64,000 nt of DNA from Bdellovibrionales bacterium (GTDB lineage: Bacteria; Bdellovibrionota; Bdellovibrionia; Bdellovibrionales; CAYMLA01): NCBI GenBank assembly GCA_965217115.1, contig OZ244239.1:1600001-1664000 (forward strand), written 5' to 3'. The notes beneath the pieces were generated by a model. The model worked only from the letters and a program-made list of their open reading frames with translations. It was not told the origin of the DNA and searched no databases. This document shows, piece after piece, positions 28,128-37,613 of the stretch; positions within the stretch are counted from its first letter, which is position 1, and every line of letters starts with the position of its first letter. A program made the position numbers and the translations under genes.

Positions 28128-28727
28128 ATGAATGGAATGTATTTAAAAAATGGGCTGATTATCTTAATGTTGATGTCTTTAATACAAGGCTGTGCTCCAC
28201 AGAACTTTAATAGTAATCCCAAAAGTACTCTTAACTCCACCGATGGCTTCGTTGTTGATGACAGTTTTATAACATTGCCAAATCAAAAAGTCCTTAAATC
28301 CTTAAGGTATTATAAGAACTCTGGTTTTTGGAGTGGAAATAGTTATATAAATGCAGTGTTCCTTATGGAACAAAATAACTTCAGGATTGTTTTTGAGAAG
28401 GGATCGTCTGGCGGGGTTACTTCATGTTCATCTATTGACTTAGAAATAAATGAACTCGAAGAAGTTATTTCTTTGATGACTAATATGAGAATATCTAATT
28501 ATGTTTATAATGGACCACCAATTTCAGACTCAGAACATGTTTTTATTGAGCTATCTTTTAGAGGCCAGAGTTTTTCAGAACAAGCGTATCTGCATAGAAA
28601 CAACCGTCCCTTTGCTAAAAGTGGAGATTATGTGAACAATAACTCAAATGAAATCAGACAATACCTAGATTCAATTTTAGTACAAGAGTCAAGGGAGAAT
28701 CAAAGTAATGAGTGTATACTCATTTGA
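28128..28727 (+). CDS. Hypothetical lipoprotein
   Basis: AAGGAG RBS, lipobox IQGC; no family recognised. Confidence 0.75.
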   Translation: MNGMYLKNGLIILMLMSLIQGCAPQNFNSNPKSTLNSTDGFVVDDSFITLPNQKVLKSLRYYKNSGFWSGNSYINAVFLMEQNNFRIVFEKGSSGGVTSCSSIDLEINELEEVISLMTNMRISNYVYNGPPISDSEHVFIELSFRGQSFSEQAYLHRNNRPFAKSGDYVNNNSNEIRQYLDSILVQESRENQSNECILI

Positions 28728-28741
28728 GTAATGGTTTTTGC

Positions 28742-28903
28742 TCAGCCCAGGTTTATTATTCTTCGTTTTAAACTTTCGAGGGAATTTGTCCAGAATAGAT
28801 GACCTATTTCTAAACCAACACTTTGTCCTTCCCAGTCTTTCTTTTGTACAATTCCCTCTGATGTTACACTAAAGATCCATTGACCCATTGATTGAATACG
28901 GCA
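28742..28903 (-). pseudogene. Probable 3' fragment of an unidentified gene abutting hairpin element A
   Basis: CRIQSMGQWIFSVTSEGIVQKKDWEGQSVGLEIGHLFWTNSLESLKRRIINLG* reads protein-like; the upstream part of the ORF is palindrome sequence. Confidence 0.35.
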
Positions 28904-29055
28904 TTTTTTTCTAGAGTCTCTCCCAAAAGAATCCAGTTCTTTTCGGCGAGTTTGGCTTGGCGACTTCCATTGCATTTCTCTGCAATGGAAGGTGACAAAC
29001 GGATGTTTGAGCAAGAAAAGGGCTGGATTCTTTTGGGAGAGACTCTAGAAAAAAA
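28904..29055. repeat. Long hairpin element A (152 bp)
   Basis: Perfect 33-bp arms (28904-28936 / 29023-29055); inner perfect 11-bp stem CTTCCATTGCA-N6-TGCAATGGAAG; motifs CGAGTT (28947-28952) and TGTTTGAG (29004-29011). Confidence 0.92.
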
Positions 29056-29241
29056 CCAGCGCCACTATTTATCACAAAGAACATCAAAGATGTCGTTGAT
29101 GGGAGCAGTTTATTGGGAGAGCCCATGGTTTTGGGTTCCCGTATTTTTTTGTGTGAAAAACGGGGTAAGATGGTAAAGGTAGATGCAGAAGATAAAAATC
29201 TGAGCTATTTTGGTAATGGGTGTTCGCAATAGCTTGATTAT

Positions 29242-29326
29242 TGGTGCCCAATGAGGGAGTCGAACCCCCACGCCTTTCGGCACTAGATCCTAAGTCTAGC
29301 GTGTCTGCCAGTTCCACCAATTGGGC
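29242..29326 (-). tRNA. tRNA-Leu(TAG)
   Basis: GCCCAAT...ATTGGGC-A-CCA acceptor stem, CTAGA-CTTAGGA-TCTAG anticodon arm, long variable arm, GGTTCGACTCC. Confidence 0.97.
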
Positions 29327-29396
29327 GATAAAAAAGCTAAGATAAAATTTAACAATTTTGTCTCTTTGTCGCAATGAAAAAAAGAGACTTCTAACC

Positions 29397-29786
29397 CTAT
29401 TTTTGTTCGATGAGCCTACGATATTCAGGGGCGCGTATGATATTGGCCAATTCTTTCTCGTTGTCCATTTCTATGCGAATGAGCCAGCCTTCGTTCATGG
29501 GGTCATCATTTAAAATACCTGTATTGCTCTCGATGCCTTCATTGACCTCGATGACCGTGCCTGAAACTGGGGCAATAAGGTCATTGGTTGCCTTGACGCT
29601 CTCGATAACACCAAAAGGTTCTGATTGAGTGACCTTTTGACCTTCTTCTGGAAGTTCAGCGTAGACGATCTCCCCAAGTGAATCTTGGGCATATTCGGTG
29701 ATTCCTACGGTGACGATATTTTCATCTACATTGGCCCACTCGTGGTCTTTTGTGTAATGATTTTCTTCTGGTATATTAAACCCCAT
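29397..29786 (-). CDS. gcvH: Glycine cleavage system H protein
   Basis: YTKDHEW, VGITEYAQ, IESVKA (lipoyl Lys). Confidence 0.96.
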   Translation of the reverse strand: MGFNIPEENHYTKDHEWANVDENIVTVGITEYAQDSLGEIVYAELPEEGQKVTQSEPFGVIESVKATNDLIAPVSGTVIEVNEGIESNTGILNDDPMNEGWLIRIEMDNEKELANIIRAPEYRRLIEQK

Positions 29787-29794
29787 TTTATCTC

Positions 29795-30907
29795 CTACTC
29801 GCTCTTTGGCTTTACAAAGGGTGTTTTAACAACAAGAGATTTAGCTTTTCGGCCACGAATGTCAATATAGAATTCAGTCCCCTGAGCTGAGATATCAGTA
29901 GGGAGGTAGGCGATACCAATAGCTTCCCCCAGAGAGGGCGACATTGTGCCACTTGTCACATGGCCAATTTCTTGTCCATCACTGTTGATGATCTTAGAAC
30001 CCTGCCGTGCAATGCCCTTATCAAGGATTTTAAAGCCGACAAGCTTTCTCTGTGATTTTGACTCCTTGGCATTAAGGAGAGCCGTTTTTCCAATAAATTC
30101 TTTAAGTTGAGGTTTTACAACCCAGCCTAATCCAGCTTCGTAGGGGGTGGTTGTGTCAGTGATTTCATTTCCGTAAAGACTGTATTTCATCTCTGTTCTT
30201 AGGGTGTCACGGGCTCCGAGGCCGGCTGGTTGCAAATGATATTTTTTTCCTACCTGAAGGAGGTGATTCCAGAAACTTGCAGCGCCGTCCTTTTGGATGA
30301 AGAACTCAAACCCATGCTCTCCTGTGTAACCCGTGCGAGCGAGAATACCCTGGTCATTTTTCCAACTGATATGTTTGAAGGAAAAAAGAGAGGTGTCGCT
30401 GACATTTTGCTCAAAAACCTCGTCCATAAGCTTTAACGCTTTGGGTCCTTGTATGGCAATCTGCGCCCAAAGCTCACTGTCGTTACTCAATTCGGCATTA
30501 AATTTATTGTTACTTACAACCCAATTCCAATCTTTTTCGATATTAGCGGCATTGACACATAGGAGGTAGTGATCGTTTTTTTCTAAACAATAGATAATAA
30601 GGTCATCGACAATACCTCCCTCTGGATTTGTTAATAAGGAGTATTGAGCTTGACCGTTTTCTAATTTAGCCACGTGGTTTGTCGTTAGCCATTCTAATGT
30701 CTCAAGAGCATTGGGGCCACTGACCCGAAACTCACCCATGTGGGAGACATCAAAAATACCGACATTATTACGTACAGCTTCATGCTCTATGCGTAACCCT
30801 TTGTACTGCACAGGCATGGACCAACCAACAAAAGGAACCATGCGTGCACCTAAGCGAATGTGTTCATTGTAGAGAGGAGTTTTTTTTGGATTTTCTACGT
30901 CACTCAT
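29795..30907 (-). CDS. gcvT: Glycine cleavage system aminomethyltransferase T
   Basis: KTPLY, FDVSHMGE, RTGYTGE, GLGARDTLR. Confidence 0.96.
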   Translation of the reverse strand: MSDVENPKKTPLYNEHIRLGARMVPFVGWSMPVQYKGLRIEHEAVRNNVGIFDVSHMGEFRVSGPNALETLEWLTTNHVAKLENGQAQYSLLTNPEGGIVDDLIIYCLEKNDHYLLCVNAANIEKDWNWVVSNNKFNAELSNDSELWAQIAIQGPKALKLMDEVFEQNVSDTSLFSFKHISWKNDQGILARTGYTGEHGFEFFIQKDGAASFWNHLLQVGKKYHLQPAGLGARDTLRTEMKYSLYGNEITDTTTPYEAGLGWVVKPQLKEFIGKTALLNAKESKSQRKLVGFKILDKGIARQGSKIINSDGQEIGHVTSGTMSPSLGEAIGIAYLPTDISAQGTEFYIDIRGRKAKSLVVKTPFVKPKSE

Positions 30908-31018
30908 TATTGGTCCCTTTAATTAATCTACCTCAAGTAAAAAAAAACGACGGGAGGTAGAGGGCCTTAATAATGGTTGAAAATAATCAGATAAGAAACC
31001 AATTATGCATAGAGTCGT

Positions 31019-32089
31019 TTAGGTTTTTGATTTTAATGACTGAAATTCAATTTTGAACTGTGGAGGTACTCTGAGTTCGTTGGCTTTAATGTCTAGCTCA
31101 TCAGGAAGTTTAACAAGGGTTCCTCGGGGAATCTCCTGTGCGTTGTTATTTTTTTTAAGCCAAGTGAGAAATTCTCTCTGAGGTCCACGGCATATGAGCT
31201 GCCGTATTTTCCCTTTTTCCTTGAGTGAATCTCCCGTCGTTCGTGCTGTGTTTCTTGGAAAAGGCTTTGGGGCTTCTCTACTAGCAAGAAGGTAGCTGTA
31301 AGTGAGGGTTTTATTTTTAATAGTGAGCTGTTTTTCAATATTTTGAAACCACGGTGGTTGTTGCCAGTGAATCCTGTGATGACACCAGTCTTTTTTTGAT
31401 TGTTCTAACAAAGGGCAGGGGTTTTGATGGGTACAGGGGCCCCAAATATAAAAACCTTTGTTTTGGAGATAGGCCCTCCACTCCATGAGTCTTCGTCCAT
31501 CAGCACGAGTGGATGGTTCAATGAAAACAAGGTGATCAAGCTGTTCAATCCAAGGGGGCATTTCATTTAGTTCCGTGAGTGAATATGAAAATAAGCCAAG
31601 AGATTTTTTTTCAGGAGAGATAAGATTGTTGTCCCAACAATGATGCCAGGAAGAATTGATTTCGATGTTTTTCACGACGGATTTATGGAGTCCTATTGCT
31701 TTTTCTGAAGTTTCGATACAGGTGAGAGAATTAATGCTGATTTCATTGTTTGTGATAAATGGTAGAGAACCAGCCCCTGTCCCTGAGCCAAAATCTAGAA
31801 GATGATGGGTGTTTTTTGCAAAATCTAAACGATTGATTTCTCTGTAGAGGCTTAAGCTTCTTATGAAGTTAAGCGGAAGATAATAGGAGCTATAGGCAAT
31901 TTGTGTAAAGGCTTCTTCCCAGGGAGTCGCGCTGTGGGGGTTGTCGATGTAATAGTCTGAGAGAGTTTTTATGCTCTCGGCGATTTTTTTTGTATCAGTG
32001 AGTTTAAGTCGGTGTTGTTGGAGATGGAGCGCTATGATTTTTTCTAGAAAAGGAGGAACTTGATAGGGAGATAACTTGTAAGAGTTCAT
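31019..32089 (-). CDS. Rsm22/METTL17-family SAM-dependent methyltransferase
   Basis: AY..YYLP, LDFGSGTG, SYSLTEL, IEPST, GPCTHQNPCPL...DWCHH. Confidence 0.8.
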   Translation of the reverse strand: MNSYKLSPYQVPPFLEKIIALHLQQHRLKLTDTKKIAESIKTLSDYYIDNPHSATPWEEAFTQIAYSSYYLPLNFIRSLSLYREINRLDFAKNTHHLLDFGSGTGAGSLPFITNNEISINSLTCIETSEKAIGLHKSVVKNIEINSSWHHCWDNNLISPEKKSLGLFSYSLTELNEMPPWIEQLDHLVFIEPSTRADGRRLMEWRAYLQNKGFYIWGPCTHQNPCPLLEQSKKDWCHHRIHWQQPPWFQNIEKQLTIKNKTLTYSYLLASREAPKPFPRNTARTTGDSLKEKGKIRQLICRGPQREFLTWLKKNNNAQEIPRGTLVKLPDELDIKANELRVPPQFKIEFQSLKSKT

Positions 32090-32191
32090 AGAAATAGCGT
32101 ATTTGTTTAGATAGCATTCGTCCAGTGTTTCTAATAACTTAAAATTAAAATAACGATTCAGTGTGTGAGGGTATTTTCAATCTAGAGGTGA

Positions 32192-33202
32192 TCAAAAGTT
32201 CTTAAGAGAGTTAAGGACTGTATTTACAGATAAATATTTCATTTGCTCATGGTTTAAAATGAATTCTTTAGGTGGAGTTAAGGTTCTGACAATTGGACCT
32301 CTGGGGGACCAACGGGTGGGAGATTGGGTTGGTGTCAGAGGGTAAAGTCCTATCGTGGGAGTGCCAAGACTGGCGGCCAGGTGAGCAACTCCAGTGCTTG
32401 GTGCAATAACTACTTTGGCTTGAGACAAAACAGTTAAAAGTTCGCTAGAGGAGAGTTTTGTATTTAGCCATTGTAGATTATTTACAGTGCTGTTGAGTGT
32501 GAGTTTTTCTTGGATGGGAGAGAGCCAAGGGTTGTCGCTGTGGGTTCCAGTGATAACAACTCTATCTGTTTGTATGAGTTGTTCAATAAGCTGAACGTAG
32601 TGTAGAGTGGGCCAATTAAGTGCTGAGCCTCCCATGCCTGGATGGATAACGATATAAGACTGAGGTTTGAGGTTGTATTTATTGAGAGAGTTTTCATTTT
32701 CTTGATTGATTTTCGATAATGTGAGTTGTAGGTGTGGTAGAGGGGTCGTTTTTTGTTGGAGTAATTTTTCGATGACCTGTTGATTATATTCAGCTTCATG
32801 GAGAGTACTTTGATGACGTTTTTGTCTAAGACCCTGTGTGAAAAAAACAAAAGAATGCCATTGACTATGATTGCCTATACGCTTCGGAACACGGCAAATC
32901 CAAAGAGCTAGATTGATCCACCATGGAGCGTGAAAAGAGATGGAAAGAGAAAACTGTTCCTGTCGAAGCCATCGACAAAGTTGAAAAAGATTCTTCCAGG
33001 AAAAGTATCGCAAAACTGATTCATAATTTCTTTTGGGGACACTGTTTTCAGGAATGAATTCCAGTCCTCTGGTGATAAGCCATGAGCACTTGTGGTTCTT
33101 GAGAGCAGGAAGTTGATCAATAGGAAGGGTGCAGACAAGATCTCCAATACGATCTACACGAATAAGGAGGGTTTTTTGTGGCTGTGTCGCTTTTATATTC
33201 AT
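32192..33202 (-). CDS. GT9 family (LPS heptosyltransferase-like)
   Basis: IRVDRIGDLV, HPG, STGVAHLAASLGTPTIGLY. Confidence 0.88.
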   Translation of the reverse strand: MNIKATQPQKTLLIRVDRIGDLVCTLPIDQLPALKNHKCSWLITRGLEFIPENSVPKRNYESVLRYFSWKNLFQLCRWLRQEQFSLSISFHAPWWINLALWICRVPKRIGNHSQWHSFVFFTQGLRQKRHQSTLHEAEYNQQVIEKLLQQKTTPLPHLQLTLSKINQENENSLNKYNLKPQSYIVIHPGMGGSALNWPTLHYVQLIEQLIQTDRVVITGTHSDNPWLSPIQEKLTLNSTVNNLQWLNTKLSSSELLTVLSQAKVVIAPSTGVAHLAASLGTPTIGLYPLTPTQSPTRWSPRGPIVRTLTPPKEFILNHEQMKYLSVNTVLNSLKNF

Positions 33203-33271
33203 TAGGATGATTTTATAATGAACTTGAGATTAGTGCAAGGCTTGTGCAAGTCCTCTGGAAAGAGATTTTAA

Positions 33272-34018
33272 GTGAGAGAAATATTTATGAGCGATAAAAT
33301 AATCAATCAAGCGTTGTACTCAGGAGAGAGAACTGGTAGGTTTTTTGCCATGAAGATTGAATCACAGGAAAAAGAATCTGAAATAAGGCGGAAAATAATA
33401 CAAGTTTGTCAGCGCCTATATCAACGGAATATGCTAGCGGCGGCGGATGGCAATGTGAGTTATCGTTTGTCTGATAAAAAAATATTGATAACTCCTACGG
33501 GAAAGCCAAAGGCTTTTATTGGGATTGATGACATTGCAATTGTCAATATTGAAGGAGGTATTCTTGAAGGACAACCTTCCAGTGAGAAGATGATGCACCT
33601 TCAGATTTATAGAAGTTGTCCTCAAGCGGTTTGCGTGGTTCATGCCCATCCACCGACAGCGATTGCTTGGAGTATTGCTTATCCTGAATTAAAAGAATTA
33701 CCCTCTTCAGGTTTGTCTGAAGTGATTTTAGCAGTTGGAAAAATTCCTTTTGTTCCCTATGCGAGGCCAGGAACCATTGATATGGGTGAGGTGTTAAAAT
33801 CCTATCTTCCTGAGTTGAGAGCTATGATCTTATCAAGACATGGAGCCTTGACCTGGGGAGAGAGTTTGGATGAAGCGGTAGGAGGAATGGAGAGGATAGA
33901 GCATTCCTGTGAAATTTTGTTTAAAGCTGAAAGGTTGGGTGGAATTACAGACTTGCCAAAAGAGGAAGTTAATTATTTAAAAGAACTGCGTAGAAAAATA
34001 GGAGATAAAATATTATGA
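33272..34018 (+). CDS. Class II aldolase/adducin family (FucA/Ald2-like); start may be 33350
   Basis: DGNVSYR, ITPTG, PSSEKMMH, VHAHP, RHG. Confidence 0.88.
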   Translation: MREIFMSDKIINQALYSGERTGRFFAMKIESQEKESEIRRKIIQVCQRLYQRNMLAAADGNVSYRLSDKKILITPTGKPKAFIGIDDIAIVNIEGGILEGQPSSEKMMHLQIYRSCPQAVCVVHAHPPTAIAWSIAYPELKELPSSGLSEVILAVGKIPFVPYARPGTIDMGEVLKSYLPELRAMILSRHGALTWGESLDEAVGGMERIEHSCEILFKAERLGGITDLPKEEVNYLKELRRKIGDKIL

Positions 34019-35040
34019 AAAATATGATATCAAAATCTCTTAAATATGAACAGGGTCAGATATTTATTTTGAATCAACAAAAACTTCCCCACGGGGAAGA
34101 GTGGTTAAAAAGTCAAACACCTGATGACATGGTGGAATTTATTAAAGAGTTAAAAATACGTGGAGCTCCTCTGATTGGTGTAGCGGCTTGTATCTGTCTG
34201 GCTCAATACGCCTTGTCTGGTGTAAGTCGTGGAGATGTGTTGTTGGCGGAGAAGAAACTGCGTAATTCACGGCCAACGGCAGTTAATTTAATGAACGGCT
34301 TGGACCGTATGTTAAGCGCCTATGAAGTGTCTGGTGGAAAAGCTTCTTCTTTAGAAGAAATGGCTGAAGATATTTTCTTTGAAGATGTGCAGCTTTGTGA
34401 AAAAATAGCAATGAATGGTTCTGAATTAGTGAAAAAAGGCGAGGGAATACTCACTCATTGTAATACGGGAGGTCTGGCGACCGTAGGTGTGGGAACGGCT
34501 TTGGGTGTGATTCAAAGAGTTCATGAAAAAAATAAAGACATTCATGTTTATGTGAATGAAACCCGTCCTCTTTTGCAAGGGGGGAGGTTGACAGCATGGG
34601 AGTTGGATAAAGCTCAAGTTCCCTACACTCTGCTCTGTGATAGTATGGCGGCGCATCTGATGGCAGAGGGAAAGGTGGATCGTGTTTTTGTCGGTGCTGA
34701 TCGTATTGCTAAAAATGGAGATTTTGCTAATAAAATAGGAACTTATTCATTGGCTGTGAATGCAAAATATCACGATGTCCCCTTCTATGTGGTAGCTCCT
34801 TATACGACCATTGATGTTGAATGTGAAAAAGGTAAAGATATTCCCATTGAGCAACGTGGAGAGGATGAGGTTCGAGGGGTTCGGGGTTCTTTTGGCAGTG
34901 TTGTGTGGAGTCCGAAAACTTGTGAAGTTTACAACCCAGCGTTTGATGTAACGCCTGCGAGTTTGGTGACAGGTTGGGTCTTGGATAGAGGTGTTTTTAA
35001 TCGTAAAGAATTTTATCATTTTATAACTGGAGGTATTTAA
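34015..35040 (+). CDS. mtnA: Methylthioribose-1-phosphate isomerase
   Basis: IRGAPLIG, RPTAVNL, THCNTGGLAT, ETRPLLQG, NKIGTY. Confidence 0.95.
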   Translation: MKNMISKSLKYEQGQIFILNQQKLPHGEEWLKSQTPDDMVEFIKELKIRGAPLIGVAACICLAQYALSGVSRGDVLLAEKKLRNSRPTAVNLMNGLDRMLSAYEVSGGKASSLEEMAEDIFFEDVQLCEKIAMNGSELVKKGEGILTHCNTGGLATVGVGTALGVIQRVHEKNKDIHVYVNETRPLLQGGRLTAWELDKAQVPYTLLCDSMAAHLMAEGKVDRVFVGADRIAKNGDFANKIGTYSLAVNAKYHDVPFYVVAPYTTIDVECEKGKDIPIEQRGEDEVRGVRGSFGSVVWSPKTCEVYNPAFDVTPASLVTGWVLDRGVFNRKEFYHFITGGI

Positions 35041-35042
35041 GT

Positions 35043-35888
35043 ATGTGGGCTGTTATTGGTGGATCTGGATTTGAAAAATTTGATGCATTTACAATAATTG
35101 AGGAGTTAGAGACTAAGACTTTTTTTGGTGATTGTTCCAGTGGTTTAAAGCGAGTGCGCTTAGGGGATGTTGAGTTTTTATTCTTGCCTCGCCATGGAAC
35201 TTCTCATGAACTCTTACCTTCTGAAATTAATTATCGAGCAAATATTTTTGCTCTAAAGAAGTATGGAGCAAGTAAGGTGATGTCGATATCTGCGGTGGGT
35301 TCCTTGCGAAAGGAGCTAAATCTAGGTGATATGGTTGTGCCTTATCAGTACATTGATCGCACGAAATCTTTGCGTCGACAGACCTTTTGTGGCGATGGAA
35401 TTGTGGGACATGTTTCTTTAGCTAAGCCAGTGACGATGGAGCTGGTTGAGCAGGTACAGGCGGTGGCTGATAAAATGGATTTCAAAATTCATTTTAATAA
35501 AATGGCTATTACAATGGAGGGGCCTGCTTTTTCAACAAAAGCAGAGTCAGATTGTCATCGTCAATTTGGTGGGGACCTTATCGGTATGACGGCCTATCCA
35601 GAATACGCTCTTATTAGAGAGGCGGGATTGGCTTTTTTGCCTTGTAGCTTTGTAACAGATTACGACTGTTGGGATGAGAATCGTCCCCATGTGACTTTGG
35701 AGGCATTCAAAGACGTGATGAGAGTCAATAATCAGAGGGCTTTTAATATGGCATCGGCGCTCATCTCCAATGGTGAGGAAGTGCTGCCACAGGGGTGTCC
35801 AGATCAGGGGTTGAAGACAGGCATTATGACTCCTAGGGATAAGTGGACCAATGAGCAAAAACAGTGGCTTTCAGTGCTTTTGGGCTAA
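35043..35888 (+). CDS. mtnP: Methylthioadenosine phosphorylase (MTAP family)
   Basis: IGGSG, PRHG..H, NYRANI, EGPAFSTKAES, GMT, VTDYDCW. Confidence 0.92.
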   Translation: MWAVIGGSGFEKFDAFTIIEELETKTFFGDCSSGLKRVRLGDVEFLFLPRHGTSHELLPSEINYRANIFALKKYGASKVMSISAVGSLRKELNLGDMVVPYQYIDRTKSLRRQTFCGDGIVGHVSLAKPVTMELVEQVQAVADKMDFKIHFNKMAITMEGPAFSTKAESDCHRQFGGDLIGMTAYPEYALIREAGLAFLPCSFVTDYDCWDENRPHVTLEAFKDVMRVNNQRAFNMASALISNGEEVLPQGCPDQGLKTGIMTPRDKWTNEQKQWLSVLLG

Positions 35889-36027
35889 AGACCATGAATA
35901 TAATTCTCTAAATAGTGTAAAGAGGAGAACAATTGTTTTATGCGCCGAATTATTTTGTTTTTTGCTGCTAAGTAGGTTATTCTCCCAGTTCAACTAAAAT
36001 GACGCTAGGCAGCGAAGGTTTAGAGAA

Positions 36028-36765
36028 ATGACTTACATTGGTTGGATGAAAATTTTTAGAATTGTTGCATTTTGTTTTTACGGAGTGTCTTCCTATGGTC
36101 TAGGTTCTGGTCCACGAGTTAATTTGCTTAATGGCGTTGTCATCGGTGAGATGGATACGACTTCGGGCAAAATTCCGGTTTATGATCGTAGAGCCCATTT
36201 TGGTGGTTGGTTGTCAGATAGGACAAAAAAGACCTGCTTTAATACCCGTGCATTGGTTTTGCAAAGAGATTCAGAGACAACCGTTAAAACGGCAGAAAAT
36301 AATAAATGTCGTGTTACGGGCGGACGTTGGGAAGGGGTTTATTCAGAGGGTTTATTTTTGAAGGGCGGTGACGTGGATATTGACCACATGGTCCCCCTTT
36401 ATAATGCCTATTACTCTGGTGGATGGAAGTGGTCTAATGGCAAACGTTGTCATTACAATAATTATATGGAAAACCCTTATCACTTGATAACAGTTTCAAG
36501 GGTTGAGAATCGCAGTAAGGGTGCTCAGGGCCCTGATGTTTATATGCCTCCTAAGAGGAGCTTTAAATGCAGTTATTTGGCCTTTTGGTTAAGAGTTAAG
36601 AGAATTTGGAAGTTAACGATGACTCCTTTAGAATATAGGACTATTCGTGGGGAACTAAGAGACCTTAAGTGTGATGATACGTTTTACACCATGAAGAAGA
36701 GTGAGTTGCTCAAAGAGTGGCGAAATGTGCGAAATATTCGTGAAGCATGCTCAGACAGGGATTAG
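36028..36765 (+). CDS. Secreted HNH-type nuclease, DUF1524 family
   Basis: Signal-like N-terminus; YDRRAHFGGW, CFNTR, DIDHMVPL, NRSKG. Confidence 0.8.
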   Translation: MTYIGWMKIFRIVAFCFYGVSSYGLGSGPRVNLLNGVVIGEMDTTSGKIPVYDRRAHFGGWLSDRTKKTCFNTRALVLQRDSETTVKTAENNKCRVTGGRWEGVYSEGLFLKGGDVDIDHMVPLYNAYYSGGWKWSNGKRCHYNNYMENPYHLITVSRVENRSKGAQGPDVYMPPKRSFKCSYLAFWLRVKRIWKLTMTPLEYRTIRGELRDLKCDDTFYTMKKSELLKEWRNVRNIREACSDRD

Positions 36766-37499
36766 TTATCTAGAAGGAAATGAAGAATTTGCGGAAGATC
36801 CTTGGGGGGCATTACCTCAGGGGGATGGGCGCTTTTGAAGTAAACTTGATTAATCTGAGGAGCTTTCTTAGATACGATGTGTAGGTTTCGTGGGTCGTTG
36901 TCAAAAAACCAAATCTCTTGATATTGCTGGCGCTCTAATGTTTCTTGAAAGAAGGCTAATTTAAATTCGGCATCATTCATGGATTTCTGAGGTTTCAGAA
37001 TCAAATTCCTGTTATTTCCTATAAGGGGTAGAGAGTGTCTTTGCAGTTGTTCGGCAGTGCCTTTTCCCATTCGTTCCACATCTCTTCCAGTTAGGTAAAA
37101 AACATCAGCATATTGCTGAAGAGTTTGGAGATAGTGGACGGCCCCCTCAACAGGAGTGTCGTAAATCAAGTAATCCTCGTGGAAGAAACATTGCAACCAA
37201 TATTCGTAGGCGTCTTTAAGTAGGGGTTCAGGGGATGTGATATTGATACTGGCGAGGGCATCTTGAATTCCCCAGAGATAGCGATTTATATTGATTTTTT
37301 CAATTTGAGGAGCCTGTAGGGAGTATTTTTTTTGAGTTTCAGGGAGAAGAGCAAACTCTCTTAAAATTTGTTGAATTCGAGGGCTGACGTCGAAGAGGGT
37401 TGAGTCAAGATCAAAGACGAGTAGAAATGAGTGCCCCTGCTTTTTTGCAGTCTTACATTTTGAGAGAAGATTTATAAGAAGGCTGGAGTCGTGCGTCAT
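36762..37499 (-). CDS. HAD-family hydrolase/phosphatase
   Basis: FDLDSTL, YLTGR, FFDND. Confidence 0.82.
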   Translation of the reverse strand: MTHDSSLLINLLSKCKTAKKQGHSFLLVFDLDSTLFDVSPRIQQILREFALLPETQKKYSLQAPQIEKININRYLWGIQDALASINITSPEPLLKDAYEYWLQCFFHEDYLIYDTPVEGAVHYLQTLQQYADVFYLTGRDVERMGKGTAEQLQRHSLPLIGNNRNLILKPQKSMNDAEFKLAFFQETLERQQYQEIWFFDNDPRNLHIVSKKAPQINQVYFKSAHPPEVMPPKDLPQILHFLLDN

Positions 37500-37613
37500 G
37501 GCAAGGAATGTAACAGGTGAAACAAAAAAAAGTAAAGAGATTCCTCGACCTGTTTGTAGAAAATTGTTATATGCGGTCTAAATAATAAAACGGATAAAAA
37601 AGGGGGGGGGCAT

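Noticed and set aside
28892..29374. Short ORFs over hairpin A and the tRNA
   Set aside because: They overlap a palindrome and tRNA-Leu and carry no protein motifs.
30908..31018. Glycine riboswitch upstream of gcvT
   Set aside because: The leader lacks the GGAGA/CCGAAG/CTCAGG core.
36750..36757. Additional CTCAGACA / TGTTTGAG motif hits (also near 22349 and 47422)
   Set aside because: They lie inside coding sequence with no partner motif or enclosing inverted repeat seen.
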